Shown here piece by piece: positions 35,886 through 38,380 of a stretch of DNA of 38,380 bases. Every line of letters begins with the position of its first letter. Within the stretch, counting starts at the first letter, position 1. The stretch spans positions 1 to 38,380 of the forward strand of contig JBEIJY010000028.1 of NCBI GenBank assembly GCA_040380025.1, read 5' to 3'. The DNA comes from Bdellovibrionales bacterium. GTDB taxonomy: Bacteria > Bdellovibrionota > UBA1018 > CAIMNF01. Below the pieces are notes generated by a model. It did not search any database. It had not been told where the DNA came from and worked only from the letters and a program-made list of their open reading frames with translations. The position numbers and the translations under genes are program-made.

Positions 35886-36617
35886 ATGACCGTTACTTCA
35901 AAGACCCTGATGACCTTGTTTCTTCTTGTTGTTGCGCTCTTCGCATCGAAGGTGAATGCCGAGGATGCCCGCGATCTTCGGGACCTGCAATTCGACGCGA
36001 ATGTCGAAGAACCCCTCCGAAAACAGATGCTCGGCGATCTTGCCTTCATGGGCTCGGTGCAGGGCTCGAATAGTACTCCCTTGCATGCAAAGATTTTCGG
36101 GAAGGTCGACGGACCCACCTACAGCGCTTGGTTCGCCTCGCGAATTCAGTCGGTGGGCAAGAATGCCTGCGGAAGCGGGAATGCCGTGGCCTGCGTGATT
36201 CCGTTTTTTGCGAGCAACAAAATGTGGGTCACCAAGAACTACACCCAGTTTGATCATCCCCAGATCGCGCGCATCTCGGTGATCTTCCACGAGGCACGGC
36301 ATTCCGAGGTCCAAAACGGCAATTGGTCGCATGCGAACTGCCCGACGCCGTTTCGGGATGAGCGCGGAAACGACGTGAAGAGCCTCTGGACGGGTGCCTT
36401 GCTCGCCGGACAGCCCGCGTGTGATGTCACCCCCTTTGGCTCATACGGAAGCCAGACGGTGTTACTGAAGAATATTGCGATGAACTGTGCGAACTGCACC
36501 GAGAAGGTCCGGGCCGATGCCGAGATTTACGGAAATGACCAGTTCGGACGCATCATCGATGCGAAGGCGAAAGCCGCAATGCGGGCCGATTTTGGAATGA
36601 AACCAAAGCGAATTTGA
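35886..36617 (+). CDS. Secreted Cys-containing HExxH (zincin-like) protein
   Basis: Signal peptide ending VNA; ISVIFHEARHSE motif with a further His 10 residues on; 6 Cys; GAGGA RBS. Confidence 0.8.
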   Translation: MTVTSKTLMTLFLLVVALFASKVNAEDARDLRDLQFDANVEEPLRKQMLGDLAFMGSVQGSNSTPLHAKIFGKVDGPTYSAWFASRIQSVGKNACGSGNAVACVIPFFASNKMWVTKNYTQFDHPQIARISVIFHEARHSEVQNGNWSHANCPTPFRDERGNDVKSLWTGALLAGQPACDVTPFGSYGSQTVLLKNIAMNCANCTEKVRADAEIYGNDQFGRIIDAKAKAAMRADFGMKPKRI

Positions 36618-36632
36618 TCTACAACCGACCCC

Positions 36633-37370
36633 ATGGGCTCAAAAAAAATCGTGTGGGTCATGCTTTTGGTTCTGGCCGTGGGCATCGCAGGATGGGGAGT
36701 CTTGAAGCCAAGAGATTCCGTTCCCGGGGTCGAAGAAACTGTGAATATCGCTCCTCGGGCGAGCGAAGCTCTTGCTCTTGCAGAATCCTCTCCTTCGGCC
36801 GGACCCACGGGTGACCCGGTGAAGGCTTTATTGCCGGCCCAGAAACTGAATGCCGCAGATTCACGCAAGATTTCGATTCTGCGCGAGCTGATCCAAACCC
36901 GAAACGACAACGACCCCCGAATGGATACCGAGCTTCGGAACCTGAGCGCGGCCGCCAAGGCCGAGATTCAGAGCATTTATCGCGACACCAAGCCCGAGAG
37001 CCGGAACGAGCGGGGTACCATGGTGTTTTTGCTCGGTCGCGAGATTCGCGATCCGGCCGAGCTTTCGTTCTTTCGGGGTGTCTTGCAAGAAAAGCCGTGC
37101 CTGAGCCTCGAAAACTGCGAGCGGCCCGCCGGGGCGGTTTCGGGCGATGAAGAACACCTCGAGACCATCAACGACACGACGGCAAGTTACCCGCAATTGA
37201 TCGCGCTTCGCGCGCTCGTTCATCGCGCAAACGAGCTGAAAGAAGCCAGTCAAGAAGGGAGTGCGCTGTTTTCGGGCATTCTGGACACCTTGCGAGAAGC
37301 ACGAAACTCGCCCAATCCAAAAATTGCGGATGCAGCTCAATCTGCGGTCAAGGAACTCAGCAATGAGTGA
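36633..37370 (+). CDS. N-terminally anchored helical (HEAT-like) hypothetical protein
   Basis: Basic N-terminus + TM helix, Pro/Ala linker, helical domain with CLSLENC; ends SPNPKIADAAQSAV. Confidence 0.75.
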   Translation: MGSKKIVWVMLLVLAVGIAGWGVLKPRDSVPGVEETVNIAPRASEALALAESSPSAGPTGDPVKALLPAQKLNAADSRKISILRELIQTRNDNDPRMDTELRNLSAAAKAEIQSIYRDTKPESRNERGTMVFLLGREIRDPAELSFFRGVLQEKPCLSLENCERPAGAVSGDEEHLETINDTTASYPQLIALRALVHRANELKEASQEGSALFSGILDTLREARNSPNPKIADAAQSAVKELSNE

Positions 37371-37914
37371 GCGGCGGCCCCTCGGGCTCAGGGTTTGGCA
37401 CTGGGCGAGCGCGTTCGTAGTATTGATGATCCTCTCGACGGTGTTGCTCCGAAAAACTTTCTTGAGCGCTCGTGCAATGAGCGGAGTGATCGCCCGCGAA
37501 CTGGGTGAGCAGGGGGTTGCGGTCACCGAGGACGCGGCGAAGGTCGCGGCACGCGCGATTCGGGACGGAATGTGGGAGTGGCACTATCGTCTGGGGTTTG
37601 TTCTTGCGGGTTTGTTTGTGTTCCGCTGGGTGTTCGGGAAGTTTCGCTTTCCCGGGTTTCGGTCCCTCCGGAACGCATCGCACTCGGTGTTTTACCTGAT
37701 TGTGGCTTTCATGGCGGTGACAGGGCTCGGAATGTACTATTCAAGCGCCCTTGGAATTCCCGATGAGTGGGTGGATTCGGTCGTCGAGGTCCACGAGGCG
37801 GGGCAGTGGTTCTTTTTTTGCTTTGTTCCCCTGCACATTGCCGGCATGGTCATCGCCGAGCTTCGCGGAGAGCGCGGGATCCTCTCGCGCATGATCCACG
37901 GCGGTGGAGTTTAG
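37363..37914 (+). CDS. Cytochrome b/b6-domain (Ni-hydrogenase b-type/b561-like) membrane protein
   Basis: LRVWHW, WEWHYRLG, VEVHE, PLHIAG heme-ligand histidines; SRMIHG C-terminus. Confidence 0.88.
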   Translation: MSERRPLGLRVWHWASAFVVLMILSTVLLRKTFLSARAMSGVIARELGEQGVAVTEDAAKVAARAIRDGMWEWHYRLGFVLAGLFVFRWVFGKFRFPGFRSLRNASHSVFYLIVAFMAVTGLGMYYSSALGIPDEWVDSVVEVHEAGQWFFFCFVPLHIAGMVIAELRGERGILSRMIHGGGV

Positions 37915-38380
37915 GATTTTCGGGCAATCAATCCGAAGCTGTCGAAGCGGTCTCGCACGGGATCCTCGGAATGGATCACCTCGAACCCGGCCCAGCTCAG
38001 AATCTTTGCCGCCGATTCCGGGGTAAAGACATGTCGGTGAATCAGGTTCGAACGGAGGCTTGAGTCCTTGTCAAAGGACTCGTAATGAGGAGCGAGGCCC
38101 CGGTCAATCACATTGGTCTTCCAGTCTTCCCAGTGTGCGTCTTCGTTGGATTGCGAACCCTGTTCGTGGTCCCGGATGAGATGCTCGATGGGCGTCACGC
38201 TTCGAAAGCGATCAAACGTTCGCTCGGGGTGAGGGAGGGTCAAAAACAAAATGCCCCTTGGTTTTAAAACCCGTCGCCATTCGAGCAGGGCCGAAAGCGG
38301 GTCGGGGAGATGTTCCAAAACATGTTCGTTGACGAGGTAGTCAAAGCGCGCATCCGGGTAGGGGACTTTCTCTGCCGGGA
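37911..38380 (-). CDS. Class I SAM-dependent methyltransferase (5' end outside window)
   Basis: FDYLVNEHVLEHLPDP..ALLEWRRVLKPRGILFLTLP..TFD, HRHVF; frame open to the window edge. Confidence 0.85.
   Translation of the reverse strand, partial: PAEKVPYPDARFDYLVNEHVLEHLPDPLSALLEWRRVLKPRGILFLTLPHPERTFDRFRSVTPIEHLIRDHEQGSQSNEDAHWEDWKTNVIDRGLAPHYESFDKDSSLRSNLIHRHVFTPESAAKILSWAGFEVIHSEDPVRDRFDSFGLIARKS

Noticed and set aside
1..38380. CRISPR arrays, IS elements, prophage, recognisable defence systems, rRNA
   Set aside because: No regularly spaced repeats, transposase, integrase, phage structural or recognisable defence genes seen.

Overview
A gene-dense, GC-rich chromosomal segment, most likely from a Bdellovibrionota (Oligoflexia/Bdellovibrio-like) bacterium. 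That assignment is inferred from the 277-aa flagellin, the GFSLVE pilin-like protein and the gene content. About 40 CDS are present, mostly housekeeping: lipid synthesis (plsB-like, gpsA, accD), envelope (lptD, surE, M23 peptidase, namZ, dacB, mscS), translation/transcription (greB, rsmI, trmB, epmA), repair (uvrC), thiol metabolism (gshA, cystathionine gamma-lyase/synthase, bolA-grxD) and motility (fliC). There is one tRNA-Asp(GTC). No integrase, transposase, CRISPR array or rRNA was seen. The most interesting signals are in the non-coding and hypothetical parts. (1) A promoter, a Trp-rich leaderless uORF (MWLWLSPWTDS) and a strong terminator sit directly upstream of accD-lptD, looking like an orphan trp-type attenuator or sRNA. 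(2) Leaderless (-10)-N6/7-start architecture recurs across the window. (3) Small or hypothetical genes carry sigma28- and sigma54-like promoters. (4) UvrC lacks its HhH domain and is divergent from a Zn-ribbon/Tudor-like protein. (5) A secreted HExxH protein is paired with a membrane-anchored partner and a cytochrome b. (6) A pilin-anchored Gly-rich adhesin is present. (7) An OM-barrel/DOMON/NamZ/DacB cluster is present. All calls are from reading the sequence only; no database searches were run.
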